Shown piece by piece: positions 25,114-35,431 of a DNA stretch of 38,642 nt (position 1 is its first letter; every line of letters starts with the position of its first letter). The notes under the pieces were generated by a model that was not told the DNA's origin, did not search any database, and worked only from the letters and a program-made list of their open reading frames with translations. Both the position numbers and the translations under genes were made by a program. The stretch spans positions 1-38,642 of the forward strand of contig CALMND010000522.1 of assembly GCA_937868565.1 (NCBI GenBank). The letters run 5' to 3'. Source of the stretch: an uncultured Bacteroidota bacterium. Its GTDB lineage: Bacteria > Bacteroidota > Bacteroidia > B-17B0 > Aurantibacillaceae.

Positions 25114-26178
25114 TTGAAAGAAGTTGACCAAATACTATTAGACCTTAAACGAAAAATTTATACGCCAGTTTATTTTTTAAGTGGTGAAGAGGCACATTAC
25201 ATTGACGTTATAAGTGATTACGTTGAGAGCAATGTTTTAGATGAAAGTGACAGGGAGTTTAATCAAACAATAGTTTATGGTAAGGATACGGATTTAGTAG
25301 GTATTCTAGGTCTTGCGAGACAATTTCCGATGATGAGTGAACACAACGTTGTGATTGTAAAGGAGGCACAAAACATCAAAGAATTAAATAAAAGTTCTTC
25401 AGCGGAAGAAGGTGCAGAAAGTTCAAAAACAAATTCCAATAACGCCACCCAGCAATTTTTAGCTTACATAAACAATCCCCAGCCTACAACTATTCTGGTT
25501 TTTTGTTTTAAATACAAAACCATTGATAAACGCAGTGCGATTGCCAAAGCCCTTCAAAAACACGCTGTTTTTTTGGAAACCAAAAAATTATATGACAATC
25601 AGGTTCCAGAATGGATTGGAACTTATTTAAAAGAAAGAGGGTATAGTATTAATCCAAAAGCCAACTTTTTAATGACGGAATCTTTGGGTAATGACCTAGC
25701 TAAAATATCTAATGAAATAAATAAATTGCTAATCAGTATTCCTAAAGGAAGCGAAATTACGGCAGATTTAGTGCAAGATAATATTGGTATAAGCAAAGAC
25801 TATAATGTTTTCGAATTACAAGAAGCGCTGGGAAAAAGAGATATTTTAAAAGCGAATCGAATTGTAAATTATTTTGCTTCTAACGAAAAAGAGCATCCGG
25901 CACCAATGATACTGGTAACTCTATTTGGGTATTTTAGTAAAGTAATGAAGTACCACTTTCTTCAGGATAAAAGTAAGTTTGTGGCAGCTCAGGCTTTGGG
26001 AGTTAACCCATATTTTGTTGAAGGTTATGCGAGAGCAGCAGCAGCATACAATACTGGCAAACTCAAGCATGTTTTTTCTTATTTAAAGGAGTGCGACCTT
26101 AAAAGTAAAGGAGTCGATAACCCAAGTATAAGTAACGGGGAATTATTAAAAGAACTGGTTTTTAAAATCCTTCATTAA
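25114..26178 (+). CDS. holA: DNA polymerase III subunit delta
   Basis: PVYFLSGEEAHYID, FNQTIVYGKD, FPMMS, VKEAQ, IGISKDYNVFELQ, DLKSKGV. Confidence 0.92.
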   Translation: MKEVDQILLDLKRKIYTPVYFLSGEEAHYIDVISDYVESNVLDESDREFNQTIVYGKDTDLVGILGLARQFPMMSEHNVVIVKEAQNIKELNKSSSAEEGAESSKTNSNNATQQFLAYINNPQPTTILVFCFKYKTIDKRSAIAKALQKHAVFLETKKLYDNQVPEWIGTYLKERGYSINPKANFLMTESLGNDLAKISNEINKLLISIPKGSEITADLVQDNIGISKDYNVFELQEALGKRDILKANRIVNYFASNEKEHPAPMILVTLFGYFSKVMKYHFLQDKSKFVAAQALGVNPYFVEGYARAAAAYNTGKLKHVFSYLKECDLKSKGVDNPSISNGELLKELVFKILH

Positions 26179-26219
26179 CTCTAGATGCACGAGGTGTAGT
26201 TTAACGAATCCAAAGTTTG

Positions 26220-26759
26220 TTATTTAATAAACCTGTTCACTTCATTTAAAATAACCCTTGCCTCTTCGTCAGTTAACTGCATCCCTAATTGTATGTTTTT
26301 CGACTGAGCGTCAAACTCTAATCTTTCTCCGCCTTTTATCCAAAAACTCTGGTTAATGCTATCGGCAAAGCTGGCTGTGTTTAACTCAAGCAAACGCAGC
26401 CTACTCACCAAATCTAAATTGTATTCATGAATTTTACCTTTCCCATTCATCTCTCTTTGATAATGTATAATACCTGATTGTATCCACAATTTTTCTTTAC
26501 CGAATTTTTTCCAGGCAAAGGTTCTTGCGATTTTAAATTCAAAATAGGACCAAAAGGAAAGATAAATAATAAGGAAGAGTTTTGAGCTTCTATCTGTAAC
26601 CTGAAAATAATTAACGAAAACAATTAAACCACAAACTGTCCAAGCAAAGAGCCACAAAAATAAGAGACCCAATTTTTTCTTATCGCTAGTTGGTAAAATA
26701 ACAACACTCAACACATCTTCTTTTTTTAAAATACTAATCCTATCACCAATTACTTGCAT
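26220..26759 (-). CDS. Hypothetical membrane protein (two N-terminal TM helices)
   Basis: 179 aa; LFLWLFAWTVCG and LIIYLSFWSYFE hydrophobic segments. Confidence 0.75.
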   Translation of the reverse strand: MQVIGDRISILKKEDVLSVVILPTSDKKKLGLLFLWLFAWTVCGLIVFVNYFQVTDRSSKLFLIIYLSFWSYFEFKIARTFAWKKFGKEKLWIQSGIIHYQREMNGKGKIHEYNLDLVSRLRLLELNTASFADSINQSFWIKGGERLEFDAQSKNIQLGMQLTDEEARVILNEVNRFIK

Positions 26760-26786
26760 AAATCAATTTAAATATCACGTTTTGTG

Positions 26787-26794
26787 CAAATTTA
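26787..26794 (-). promoter_or_regulatory. -7 element (TAAATTTG)
   Basis: Matches TAnnTTTG 27 nt upstream of ATG 26759. Confidence 0.5.
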
Positions 26795-26830
26795 TTATTT
26801 ATAAATAGTATTACTATATTTAAATAAATT

Positions 26831-28249
26831 ATGTCCGAATTAAAAAGGAGTTTAAATTTATTTGATACAGTTATGCTCGTTTCGGGTAGTATGATTGGGT
26901 CCGGTATTTTTATTGTGAGTGCAGACATGATGCGGGTTCTTGGCTCTCCGTTCTGGGTACTTTTCTGTTGGGTACTGAGCGGCGTCATCACGTTAATTGC
27001 TGCATTAAGTTATGGCGAATTAGCTGGCATGATGCCCGAAGCCGGTGGACAATTTATATATCTTAAAAGAGCTTATGGCAAACTCACTTCTTTTGTTTAT
27101 GGCTGGACCGTTTTTACCGTAATTCAAACAGGCGTGATTGCCGCGGTAGCCGTCGCATTTGCACGATATGTGGGAGTTTTTCTACCATTTTTTGATGAAA
27201 ATCACAAAATACTATGTATCAATCAATTCAGTATTTCAACCACACAAGTGTTGGGCGTTGCTTCTGTTTTCTTTTTAACCTGGTTAAATACTCAGGGTAT
27301 TAACAATGGTAAAATCATTCAACGCATTTTTACCAGTACTAAAATAGTTGCCCTTTTTGGATTGATTGTTTTGGGATTTTCAATTGGTTATAGCGAGGAT
27401 TATTGGCAACAAAACATAAATCTACCATTTAAAAATGGCGGTTCCGCAAACTCCGCTTTAGGTGTTGGCACACTACTATCCGCTATGGGTGTGGCGTTGA
27501 TTGGTTCTTTGTTCAGCAGTGATGCATGGAACAACGTTACTTTTATCGCCGGTGAAGTAAAAGAACCACAGAAAAATATTCCTTTAGGACTTTTAATTGG
27601 GGTGTTAATCGTTACTGTACTGTATATTTTAGCGAATGTGGCTTATTTTATGCTGTTACCAGCCATGGGTTCGCCAGCAGGACAAACTGTAATAGAAAGA
27701 GGAATTGCTTATGCACAAAACGACAGAGTCGGCACCGCAGCCATGTACGGCGTATTTGGAGATATATCCGCATATTTGATGGCACTTTTAATTGTTATTT
27801 CGACTTTTGGTTGTAATAATGGTTTAATTCTTTCTGGGGCGCGTTTATTCCAATCCATGGCTAACGAGGATTTATTTTTTAAATCTGCTGCTCACGTCAA
27901 TAAACATCTCGTCCCATCAAAAGCATTATGGTTACAGGGAATCTGGGCGTCCGTTCTTTGTTTAAGTGGCTCTTATGGCAGCCTGCTTGACTATTGCACC
28001 TTTGCTTCACTGATATTTTACATTGTGACTATTTCTGCTTTATTTTATTTGCGTAAAAGGGAACCGAAAGCGCCTCGTCCGTATAAAGCTTTTGCTTATC
28101 CTTATTTTCCTGCTTTGTATATTCTTATTGCCTCGGCAATTTGTATCGACCTTTTAATTTTTAAACCTCAAAATACTTTCATAGGTTTGTTTATTATGTT
28201 ACTTGGTGTACCGGTTTATTATTGGTTTAGCAGGAGTAAAAATGCCTAA
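26831..28249 (+). CDS. APC-family amino acid permease
   Basis: GSMIGSGIF, YGELAGMMPEAGG, YGW, SDAWNN, AGEVKEPQKN, RPYKAFAYP; about 12 TMs. Confidence 0.92.
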   Translation: MSELKRSLNLFDTVMLVSGSMIGSGIFIVSADMMRVLGSPFWVLFCWVLSGVITLIAALSYGELAGMMPEAGGQFIYLKRAYGKLTSFVYGWTVFTVIQTGVIAAVAVAFARYVGVFLPFFDENHKILCINQFSISTTQVLGVASVFFLTWLNTQGINNGKIIQRIFTSTKIVALFGLIVLGFSIGYSEDYWQQNINLPFKNGGSANSALGVGTLLSAMGVALIGSLFSSDAWNNVTFIAGEVKEPQKNIPLGLLIGVLIVTVLYILANVAYFMLLPAMGSPAGQTVIERGIAYAQNDRVGTAAMYGVFGDISAYLMALLIVISTFGCNNGLILSGARLFQSMANEDLFFKSAAHVNKHLVPSKALWLQGIWASVLCLSGSYGSLLDYCTFASLIFYIVTISALFYLRKREPKAPRPYKAFAYPYFPALYILIASAICIDLLIFKPQNTFIGLFIMLLGVPVYYWFSRSKNA

Positions 28250-29147
28250 AGGTTTTTTAATAAATTATTTCGGATTCAACAAACAACAACGCAATGGCCT
28301 GCTGGTGCTTATCAGTCTAAGTCTGTTTCTTTTCATAGTAAGATTGACTTATCCCTTTTTTATTGTTCCTGATAACATTATAGTAAAAAGCTTACCTCTT
28401 TACGAAAAACAATTGGACAGTTCTTATAACCAAGGGGTATTTTCAAAAAATGCGGAAACTCTTACCAAAGAGGGTATACAATTATTCGTATTCAATCCAA
28501 ATACGGTAACATTTCAACAACTATTAAAATTGGGGTTTAAGAAAAAAGCCGCAAAAACATTTCTTAATTACAGGAGCAAAGGGTTCGTATTTAAGAAAAA
28601 AACGGACATGAAAAAGGTGTATGGTGTTTCGGATGAATTCTACACAAAATTAGAACCATATATTTTACTCAACGAGAATGAAAAAAGGAAAGAACAAAAA
28701 GAATTGATCGTTGAGGCAAAGCAAGAAAAATCGACAAATAAAACAGACCGCCAAACGCTAAATGTTGAATTAAATTCTGTTGACAGCATTACACTTTTAA
28801 AATTGGATGGTATTGGGCCTTCCTATGCTAAACGCATTTTAAAATACCGCAGCATTTTAGGAGGCTTTACGAGCATTGAACAATTAAAAGAAGTTTATGG
28901 ATTTACGGAAGAGCTATACGAAAAAATAAAATCTTCAGTAAGAGTGGAGGTACAACTCATCAAAAAAATAAACATTAATAAAGACGACTTTAAAACAATT
29001 AATAAACATCCTTATATCAGTTACGAACTCACTAAATCTATTTTTGACTGGCGGCGAAAAACAACTATTAATGGCACAAGCATTCAAGGTATTATCAATG
29101 ATGATAAATTGTACAAGAAACTGTTGCCGTATTTGACTTTTGACTAA
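28242..29147 (+). CDS. Membrane-anchored ComEA-like helix-hairpin-helix DNA-binding protein
   Basis: N-terminal TM; FNPNT; ELNSVDSITLLKLDGIGPSYAKRILKYR..GGF; ININ..HPY. ATG 28242 overlaps the permease end. Confidence 0.85.
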   Translation: MPKGFLINYFGFNKQQRNGLLVLISLSLFLFIVRLTYPFFIVPDNIIVKSLPLYEKQLDSSYNQGVFSKNAETLTKEGIQLFVFNPNTVTFQQLLKLGFKKKAAKTFLNYRSKGFVFKKKTDMKKVYGVSDEFYTKLEPYILLNENEKRKEQKELIVEAKQEKSTNKTDRQTLNVELNSVDSITLLKLDGIGPSYAKRILKYRSILGGFTSIEQLKEVYGFTEELYEKIKSSVRVEVQLIKKININKDDFKTINKHPYISYELTKSIFDWRRKTTINGTSIQGIINDDKLYKKLLPYLTFD

Positions 29148-29200
29148 GGAGATTCACTAATATTTCTTAACTTTAGAGCCTTTACCAACCACGTTTTACC

Positions 29201-30637
29201 ATGAACGATAAGCAAAGAACCATACAAAAATCAGTATCCATATCCGGAGTAGGTCTACACACCGGACGACCCGTTACTTTAACCTTTAATCCGGCACCGG
29301 AGAATCACTGGTTTAAATTTCAAAGAACCGATTTAGAAGGACATCCCATCATTAATGCGGATGTGGACAACGTGGTAGATACTTCCAGAGGAACAACTCT
29401 TGAACAAAACGGAGCACGCGTTCATACAACGGAACATGTATTGGCAGCGTTAGTCGGATTAAGAATCGACAACTGTTTAATTCAGTTAACCGGCCCTGAA
29501 ATGCCTATTATGGATGGAAGCTCTATAAGGTTTATCGAAATTTTGGAACAAGCAGGAATTGTTGAACAGCAAGCAGAACGTGAATATTTTGAGCTTACTG
29601 AAAATTTAACTTACGAAGATCCTGTAAAAAAAGTTGAAATGTTGGCTGTGCCTCAGGATGATTTCAGGGTGACGGTAATGGTGGATTATGGCAGCGAGGT
29701 TTTGGGAACCCAACACGCATCAATGTATCATTTGGATGAATTTAAAAACGAAATCTCTCCATGCAGAACTTTTGTTTTTTTGAGAGAGTTAGAAGCATTG
29801 CTTCAACACAATTTGATTAAAGGTGGTGATATGGACAATGCCATTGTTTTAGTGGATAGTGAATTGCCAAAAGAAAAATTAGACTACCTCCGTAAAGTTT
29901 TTAATAAGCCTGATGTAGAAGTAAAAGGAAGAGGTGTTTTAAACAATACAAAATTGCGGTTTTTTAATGAACCAGCCAGACATAAACTCCTGGACATAGT
30001 AGGAGATTTAGCCCTAGTAGGAAAACCACTTAAAATACATGTATTAGCTGCGCGTCCGGGCCACGCAGGTAATGTGTCCTTTGCAAAAAAAATAAAGCAA
30101 CTGATTAAGGACGAGCAGATGCGTAAAAAGAAAAACATTTACGAACCATACAATCTCAATAAGACTCCTTTGTATGATGTGAATCAAATTCAAAAAATAT
30201 TGCCGCATCGTCAGCCGTTTTTGTTCGTTGACAAAATAATGGAAATAAACGAAGACGGAATTGTAGGGGTGAAAAATGTGAGTATGAACGAGGAATTTTT
30301 TAAGGGACATTTCCCTGACGCGCCCGTTTTTCCTGGAGTTTTACAAATAGAAGCCATGGCACAGGTCGGAGGCATATTTGCTTTAAGTAAAGTGCCCGAC
30401 CCTGAAAATTATCTTACTTTTTTCATGAGTATTGATAAAGTGAAATTTAAAAATCAGGTTATTCCCGGAGATAGCATTGTGTTTAAACTCTCACTAATTA
30501 CCCCTATTCGCAGAGGCATAGTGCACATGCGTGGCATGGCTTTTGTTAGAGAAAAACAGGTCATGGAAGCGGAAATGATGGCGCTATTATCAAAAGTAAA
30601 AGGTCACGAAGTAAAACAAACCGCTGAAGCAATCTAA
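29201..30637 (+). CDS. lpxC/fabZ: Bifunctional UDP-3-O-acyl-GlcNAc deacetylase / 3-hydroxyacyl-ACP dehydratase
   Basis: GVGLHTG, TTEHVLAAL, HKLLDIVGDL (LpxC); LPHRQPFLFVD, GHFPDAPVFPGVLQIEAMAQ (FabZ). Confidence 0.96.
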   Translation: MNDKQRTIQKSVSISGVGLHTGRPVTLTFNPAPENHWFKFQRTDLEGHPIINADVDNVVDTSRGTTLEQNGARVHTTEHVLAALVGLRIDNCLIQLTGPEMPIMDGSSIRFIEILEQAGIVEQQAEREYFELTENLTYEDPVKKVEMLAVPQDDFRVTVMVDYGSEVLGTQHASMYHLDEFKNEISPCRTFVFLRELEALLQHNLIKGGDMDNAIVLVDSELPKEKLDYLRKVFNKPDVEVKGRGVLNNTKLRFFNEPARHKLLDIVGDLALVGKPLKIHVLAARPGHAGNVSFAKKIKQLIKDEQMRKKKNIYEPYNLNKTPLYDVNQIQKILPHRQPFLFVDKIMEINEDGIVGVKNVSMNEEFFKGHFPDAPVFPGVLQIEAMAQVGGIFALSKVPDPENYLTFFMSIDKVKFKNQVIPGDSIVFKLSLITPIRRGIVHMRGMAFVREKQVMEAEMMALLSKVKGHEVKQTAEAI

Positions 30638-30640
30638 ACT

Positions 30641-31414
30641 ATGATTTCACCACTGGCAAACGTAAGTCCCAAAGCCAAAATAGGCAAAAACGTTACCATC
30701 GAGCCTTTTGCGACTATTTACCATGATGTAGAAATTGGCGACGATTGTTACATTCATCCCAACGCTTTAATTTATCCAGATACAATTATTGGAAGCGGTT
30801 GCAAAATTTTTCCGGGCGCAGTTATTGGCATTATTAATCAGGATTTAAAATATAAAGGCGAAAAATCGAATACAGTAATTGGTAATAATACAACCATTCG
30901 TGAGTTTGCCACTATACACAAGGGCACTGCGGATAGAATGACCACGAAAGTAGGCAACAACTGTTTGATTATGTGTTACACGCATTTGGGACACGATTGT
31001 TCTATTGGCAACAATGTCATCATTGCTAATAACGGAAGTCTTGCTGGACATATTACCGTAGAGGACTATGTGATTATAGAAGGAGTAGTCGCAGCCCAAC
31101 AATTCGTAAATATTGGGGCGCATGCCTTTGTTGCGGGTGCGTCTTTGGTAAGGAAAAGTATTCCACCGTACATTCGTGTAGCAAGGGAGCCTTTGCAATT
31201 TATCGGAGTAAATACCATTGGTTTAACACGTCGCGGTTTCGATAAAGAAACCATTAAACAAATAGAAGACATTTACCGTATCATTTTTGTGCGAGGTCAC
31301 AATATCAGTAATGCTTTGGATATAGTTGAAAGCGAGATGCCGGATTCACCAATTCGCAACGAAATTTTAGATTTTATCCGTGCGCAGAGTGATGGAATTG
31401 TAAGGGGTATTTAA
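30641..31414 (+). CDS. lpxA: Acyl-ACP--UDP-N-acetylglucosamine O-acyltransferase
   Basis: Hexapeptide repeats, QDLKY, IREFATIHKGT, HLGHDC, LAGH, NTIGLTRRGF; follows lpxC/fabZ. Confidence 0.94.
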   Translation: MISPLANVSPKAKIGKNVTIEPFATIYHDVEIGDDCYIHPNALIYPDTIIGSGCKIFPGAVIGIINQDLKYKGEKSNTVIGNNTTIREFATIHKGTADRMTTKVGNNCLIMCYTHLGHDCSIGNNVIIANNGSLAGHITVEDYVIIEGVVAAQQFVNIGAHAFVAGASLVRKSIPPYIRVAREPLQFIGVNTIGLTRRGFDKETIKQIEDIYRIIFVRGHNISNALDIVESEMPDSPIRNEILDFIRAQSDGIVRGI

Positions 31415-31417
31415 TCT

Positions 31418-31514
31418 ACGGATTACACTAATTTCATCAAACGGGGAGTATCTTCAAATAACTTTTCTGGTCTGCGTTTTTAATTGCAATTTGTGTAAAT
31501 TCGTCCAATTAGTG
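31418..31514. repeat. Imperfect inverted-repeat element in the lpxA-ABC spacer
   Basis: ACGGATTACACTAATT (31418-31433) versus AATTTGTGTAAATTCGT (31488-31504); also CACTAATT (31426-31433) / AATTAGTG (31507-31514). Confidence 0.45.
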
Positions 31515-31518
31515 GCTT

Positions 31519-32145
31519 ATGCTGTCAATCTCTCTAAATAATCTCGGAAAAAAATTTAATCGCGAATGGGTTTTTCGAAAACTTAACTTCCAGATAAATA
31601 CCGGAGATAAAATCGTTATTCTGGGAGGTAACGGTTCCGGTAAGTCAACCCTTCTGCAAGTGATAAGTGGCTTTGTAAGTCCAAACGAAGGAGAAATCAT
31701 TTATTCAAATAATGAAACCAAAATGGAGGATGAAAAAATAAAGGACTCTATATCTTTCGCCTCTCCCTATTTACAGCTGACAGAAGATTTTACGACTTTT
31801 GAATTAATCGAACACATTCGTATTTTTAAACCTTTTATTAATAATTTATCTTCAAATGAATTACTACAAATACTAGAACTCAGTCACGCGAAGGATAAAT
31901 TCATTAAACAATTTTCCAGTGGCATGAAACAGCGTTTAAAATTGGGACTTGCTATTTTATCCGACGTACCTGTTTTACTGCTGGATGAACCCGTTTCAAA
32001 TCTTGATAAACAAGCGATTGAATGGTACAAAAATATGATACGAAGTTACGCTAATAAAAAAACTGTTATAGTCTGCTCGAATGCCATTTCGGAAGAATAT
32101 ACTTTTTGTAATAAGGAGCTAACCGTCACCGACTTTAAGCCGTAA
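31519..32145 (+). CDS. ABC transporter ATP-binding protein (no partner permease in the locus)
   Basis: Walker A GGNGSGKS, signature FSSGMKQ, Walker B LLLDEP. Confidence 0.9.
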   Translation: MLSISLNNLGKKFNREWVFRKLNFQINTGDKIVILGGNGSGKSTLLQVISGFVSPNEGEIIYSNNETKMEDEKIKDSISFASPYLQLTEDFTTFELIEHIRIFKPFINNLSSNELLQILELSHAKDKFIKQFSSGMKQRLKLGLAILSDVPVLLLDEPVSNLDKQAIEWYKNMIRSYANKKTVIVCSNAISEEYTFCNKELTVTDFKP

Positions 32146-32180
32146 TTTTCCACTGTTAGGAACTCCGATAATTTTTTCGG

Positions 32181-33068
32181 TTACTTTACAACTATTTTCA
32201 TTGACGCAACAGTTGACATACTGAACCACCCTACTGCTTTCGTTTTTGCATCCTTGGGTGTTACAATATTCGTTTTTACATTTTCGGGAGTAGTTGCAAA
32301 AAGCCCGCCATTATTAATTTGCTGAAGAGCCTGTAAAAGAAAAAAGTAAGTTTCTTTTGTAACAGAGTTTATTTCAACCTTACAAGTATTAAATCTTTTG
32401 TACTGCTTAAATCCCAATAAAGTAGCGGGTTCAGAGAACTCTAGGGTATCTCTGTCAGCAGAAACAACAGGTCCGCCGGTGCCGTCAATGCAAGTATTAA
32501 TATCTCCTGGCGCGTTAAACAAAGTGTCGTTTCTAAACGTTTTAATCCAATAATAATCCGTATTAGGACCAACTAAATCCCTTGCAAGTAAAAAGCAGGA
32601 ATAGGCTGTGTCTTTTCTTGGCGGGCCAAAGCCTCCATTTCCAGTTTCCTCCTGAGTAAGAATAGTATCTAAAATCGCACCGCGCTTTTGGTTTATTAAA
32701 GAAGTGTAAGTTAAGCCATCAATCGTAACTTTTAGTTGATACTGATGATTTGGCCTTGAAATAGTATCTCCTGCTTTAACTGGGAACGTGTAGTAACCAT
32801 TGGAAGAGTAATTAAAAACATAATTCTTGTTTAAATTTAAATCCGTCAGTACAACCGCAGCGTTGGCAACTGCTGGAGGTTCAGTCGTTCCGAAATAAGG
32901 ACTATTTGTTACAACTCGTATTTTTTGATCAACTCTCAGATCGCTGACAAAAGCATCAATTATATAAAGCTTAGAGCCTTCGTCTAATTTCACCTGGACA
33001 ACATCTGTGCAGGAATTAAAAGCAATTAAAACTGAAAAAAGGAAACAAATTTTAGAAATATTTTTCAT
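32181..33068 (-). CDS. DUF4249-like lipoprotein partner of the TonB-dependent receptor
   Basis: Lipobox FNSC|TD, 'YIIDAFVSD', C-terminal 'TPENVKTNI...AVGWFS'; directly downstream of the receptor. Confidence 0.8.
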   Translation of the reverse strand: MKNISKICFLFSVLIAFNSCTDVVQVKLDEGSKLYIIDAFVSDLRVDQKIRVVTNSPYFGTTEPPAVANAAVVLTDLNLNKNYVFNYSSNGYYTFPVKAGDTISRPNHQYQLKVTIDGLTYTSLINQKRGAILDTILTQEETGNGGFGPPRKDTAYSCFLLARDLVGPNTDYYWIKTFRNDTLFNAPGDINTCIDGTGGPVVSADRDTLEFSEPATLLGFKQYKRFNTCKVEINSVTKETYFFLLQALQQINNGGLFATTPENVKTNIVTPKDAKTKAVGWFSMSTVASMKIVVK

Positions 33069-33079
33069 AGGGCTAAGTA

Positions 33080-35431
33080 TTAAAAGTTAAAATTATAAGT
33101 AACCGCAGGAATAAATGAACCCACAATGGAAAATCTTATCGCCTCTGTTTCAAGCGGAGCATTTGTTTTTTGCTGGAAATAAATGCTAAAGGCATTGCGA
33201 CGATTGTAGGCGTTGTAAACACTAAATACCAGAGTTTGTTTATACCGACGTTTTTCATTTTTCCTAAAATTATAAGTAGCACCAAGGTCTAAACGATGGT
33301 AAGAGGTTATTCTAAAGTTGTTGCGTGTATTATCAGTATTATAAGGTATACTTAAACCCTGCAGCTGAAGTTTTGCGTTAGGAAAGGTAGCAGGAACGCC
33401 GCTTAGTAAGACAAAGTTAGCAGATATATTCCAACGCTTGGCAACATCATAATTAACGCTGGTGTTCAACGAATGCGTGCGGTCGTAGCGACTTAAGAAC
33501 CATTTGTCGTTGCTGATTCCCCTAACCAATCTTTCGGTTTTACTTAATGTATAACTTATCCAACCCTGGAATTTGCCTTTTGATTTTTTTACATAGAATT
33601 CAGCTCCATAAGCTCTTCCAAGCCCTTGCAGTAATTGATTTTCCACCGTGGCGTTAATAAATAGATCCGCGTTATCGATATAATCCAATTGGTTTTGTAA
33701 ATATTTGTAATAGACCTCCACAGATGTTTCATACATATTTTCTTTAAAATTTCTGAAATAACCAACGCTTCCCTGATCACCAATTAAAGGTTTCAAATTG
33801 TTGGAAGCCAGGGTATATACGTCCAACGGCGTACTAGCTGCTGTGTTGCTTATTAACTGAATGTATTGCGCCATTCGATTGTAACTGGCTTTTACCGACG
33901 ACGTTTTACTAAGCAAATAGTTAACAGAGAAACGTGGTTCCGGATTGATGTATTTTTTAATGACTTCTCCTCCCGCAAATCGTTTACTGCTGCTAAGTGG
34001 TTTCTCGGTGTTGGGTAGGGTGTCTCTAAAATAATATGCTTTGCCCTTACCAACGTATTGGTACATACTTACACGCAAGCCATATTCCACCGTTATTTTT
34101 TGATTGATTTTCTGTTCGTTTCCAAGATAGGCAGAGTATTCAACGCCATAGCGCTTATCACTTAAAAATTTTACTTTGGTGCCACTAAAAGTACCGGTTG
34201 CATCGTAGGGTCTGAAATCAAATAACAATGCCTGAGCACCGAAACGGATAGTGTTACGACTATTATAGAAATATGTAAAGTCCGGTTTAAGGCTATAATT
34301 AATCACATTACTTTTCCAGTTAAAACCACGACCACTGGGAGCAGTAAAATCAATTAAATAATCGTAATTGCTGTAAAAACCAGTTATATTCATAAACAAC
34401 TTTTTATTAAAGATGTGATTCCATCTCGCGGTAGTTGTAGAGTTTCCCCAATTGAATTTAAAGATACTGGCTCCGAAAACATCGCGACCTAAATAACCGC
34501 TGGCAAATACCGTGTTTTTATCGTTGATGCGCCAGTTAAATTTTGCAGTGAAATCATAAAAATAAAAATCTGCTTTTTTCAAGGCGTTAGTTTCTTTTAA
34601 AAAGGGTTTCACCAAAGCATCCAAATAACTGCGTCTAATAGCAACAATAAAACTAGCTTTATCTTTAATGATTGGAGCTTCAATACTCAATCTGCTAAAA
34701 ATAGTTCCGACTCCACCGGTAACGGCTAATCTTTTGCTGTTACCTTCCTTCATTCTTACGTCAAGGATAGAAGAAACGCGCCCCCCATATTGGGCAGGAA
34801 TTCCTCCTTTAATTAATTTCACATCTTTAACGGCATCCGGATTAAATACTGAGAAAAAACCAAACAAGTGCGAAGAATTGTAAACAGGAGCCTCGTCTAG
34901 TAATATTAAATTTTGGTCAATATTCCCGCCGCGCACATTAAAGCCACTGGCGCCTTCGCCCACAGTAGTAACTCCGGGTAATAACTGTATAGCCCTTATT
35001 ACATCCACTTCTCCAAGCAAAGCCGGTATTTTATTTATTTGTTTAATGTCGAGTTTAGCCACACTCATTTCTACACTGGTTACATTTTTGTCTGCGGCTT
35101 CTGAAGTAATTTCAACTTCATCTAGATCTTTGCCCTCTTCTGTTAATTCGAAATTTTTAGAGAGACTTTTTTCCAGCTCAATCGAAAAAGTAAAGGTTTT
35201 ATATCCAATTAAAGAAACTGCAATCGCATGAGAACCCTTTGGAAGAGTAAGCGCATAAAAACCATATTCGTTGGCAGAAACACCAGTATTAGAACCCAAT
35301 TTGTAAACGGTGGCTCCAATAAGTGATTCCCCATTTTTGGTATCCTTTACATAACCACTAATCGTAAATTTTTCCTGAGAGTAATTTTTTAAAGTAAAAA
35401 GTAATAAAAGAGTAAAAAGTCTGAGCTTCAT
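33080..35431 (-). CDS. TonB-dependent outer-membrane receptor with carboxypeptidase-regulatory-like N-terminal domain
   Basis: ISGYVKD..GESLIGA, LDEVEI TonB-box region, plug 'LLPGV...VRGG...NLILLD...YGGRVSS', C-terminal YNFNF. Start revised from 35593 to ATG 35431, which gives the signal peptide MKLRLFTLLLLF. Confidence 0.92.
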   Translation of the reverse strand: MKLRLFTLLLLFTLKNYSQEKFTISGYVKDTKNGESLIGATVYKLGSNTGVSANEYGFYALTLPKGSHAIAVSLIGYKTFTFSIELEKSLSKNFELTEEGKDLDEVEITSEAADKNVTSVEMSVAKLDIKQINKIPALLGEVDVIRAIQLLPGVTTVGEGASGFNVRGGNIDQNLILLDEAPVYNSSHLFGFFSVFNPDAVKDVKLIKGGIPAQYGGRVSSILDVRMKEGNSKRLAVTGGVGTIFSRLSIEAPIIKDKASFIVAIRRSYLDALVKPFLKETNALKKADFYFYDFTAKFNWRINDKNTVFASGYLGRDVFGASIFKFNWGNSTTTARWNHIFNKKLFMNITGFYSNYDYLIDFTAPSGRGFNWKSNVINYSLKPDFTYFYNSRNTIRFGAQALLFDFRPYDATGTFSGTKVKFLSDKRYGVEYSAYLGNEQKINQKITVEYGLRVSMYQYVGKGKAYYFRDTLPNTEKPLSSSKRFAGGEVIKKYINPEPRFSVNYLLSKTSSVKASYNRMAQYIQLISNTAASTPLDVYTLASNNLKPLIGDQGSVGYFRNFKENMYETSVEVYYKYLQNQLDYIDNADLFINATVENQLLQGLGRAYGAEFYVKKSKGKFQGWISYTLSKTERLVRGISNDKWFLSRYDRTHSLNTSVNYDVAKRWNISANFVLLSGVPATFPNAKLQLQGLSIPYNTDNTRNNFRITSYHRLDLGATYNFRKNEKRRYKQTLVFSVYNAYNRRNAFSIYFQQKTNAPLETEAIRFSIVGSFIPAVTYNFNF

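Noticed and set aside
25390-25450. S/E/N-rich insertion in HolA (SSSAEEGAESSKTNSNN)
   Set aside because: Short, probably disordered loop; no intein features.
22756-29147. comM plus ComEA-like gene as a competence island
   Set aside because: Separated by unrelated genes, both are widespread, and no comEC or pilus genes are present.
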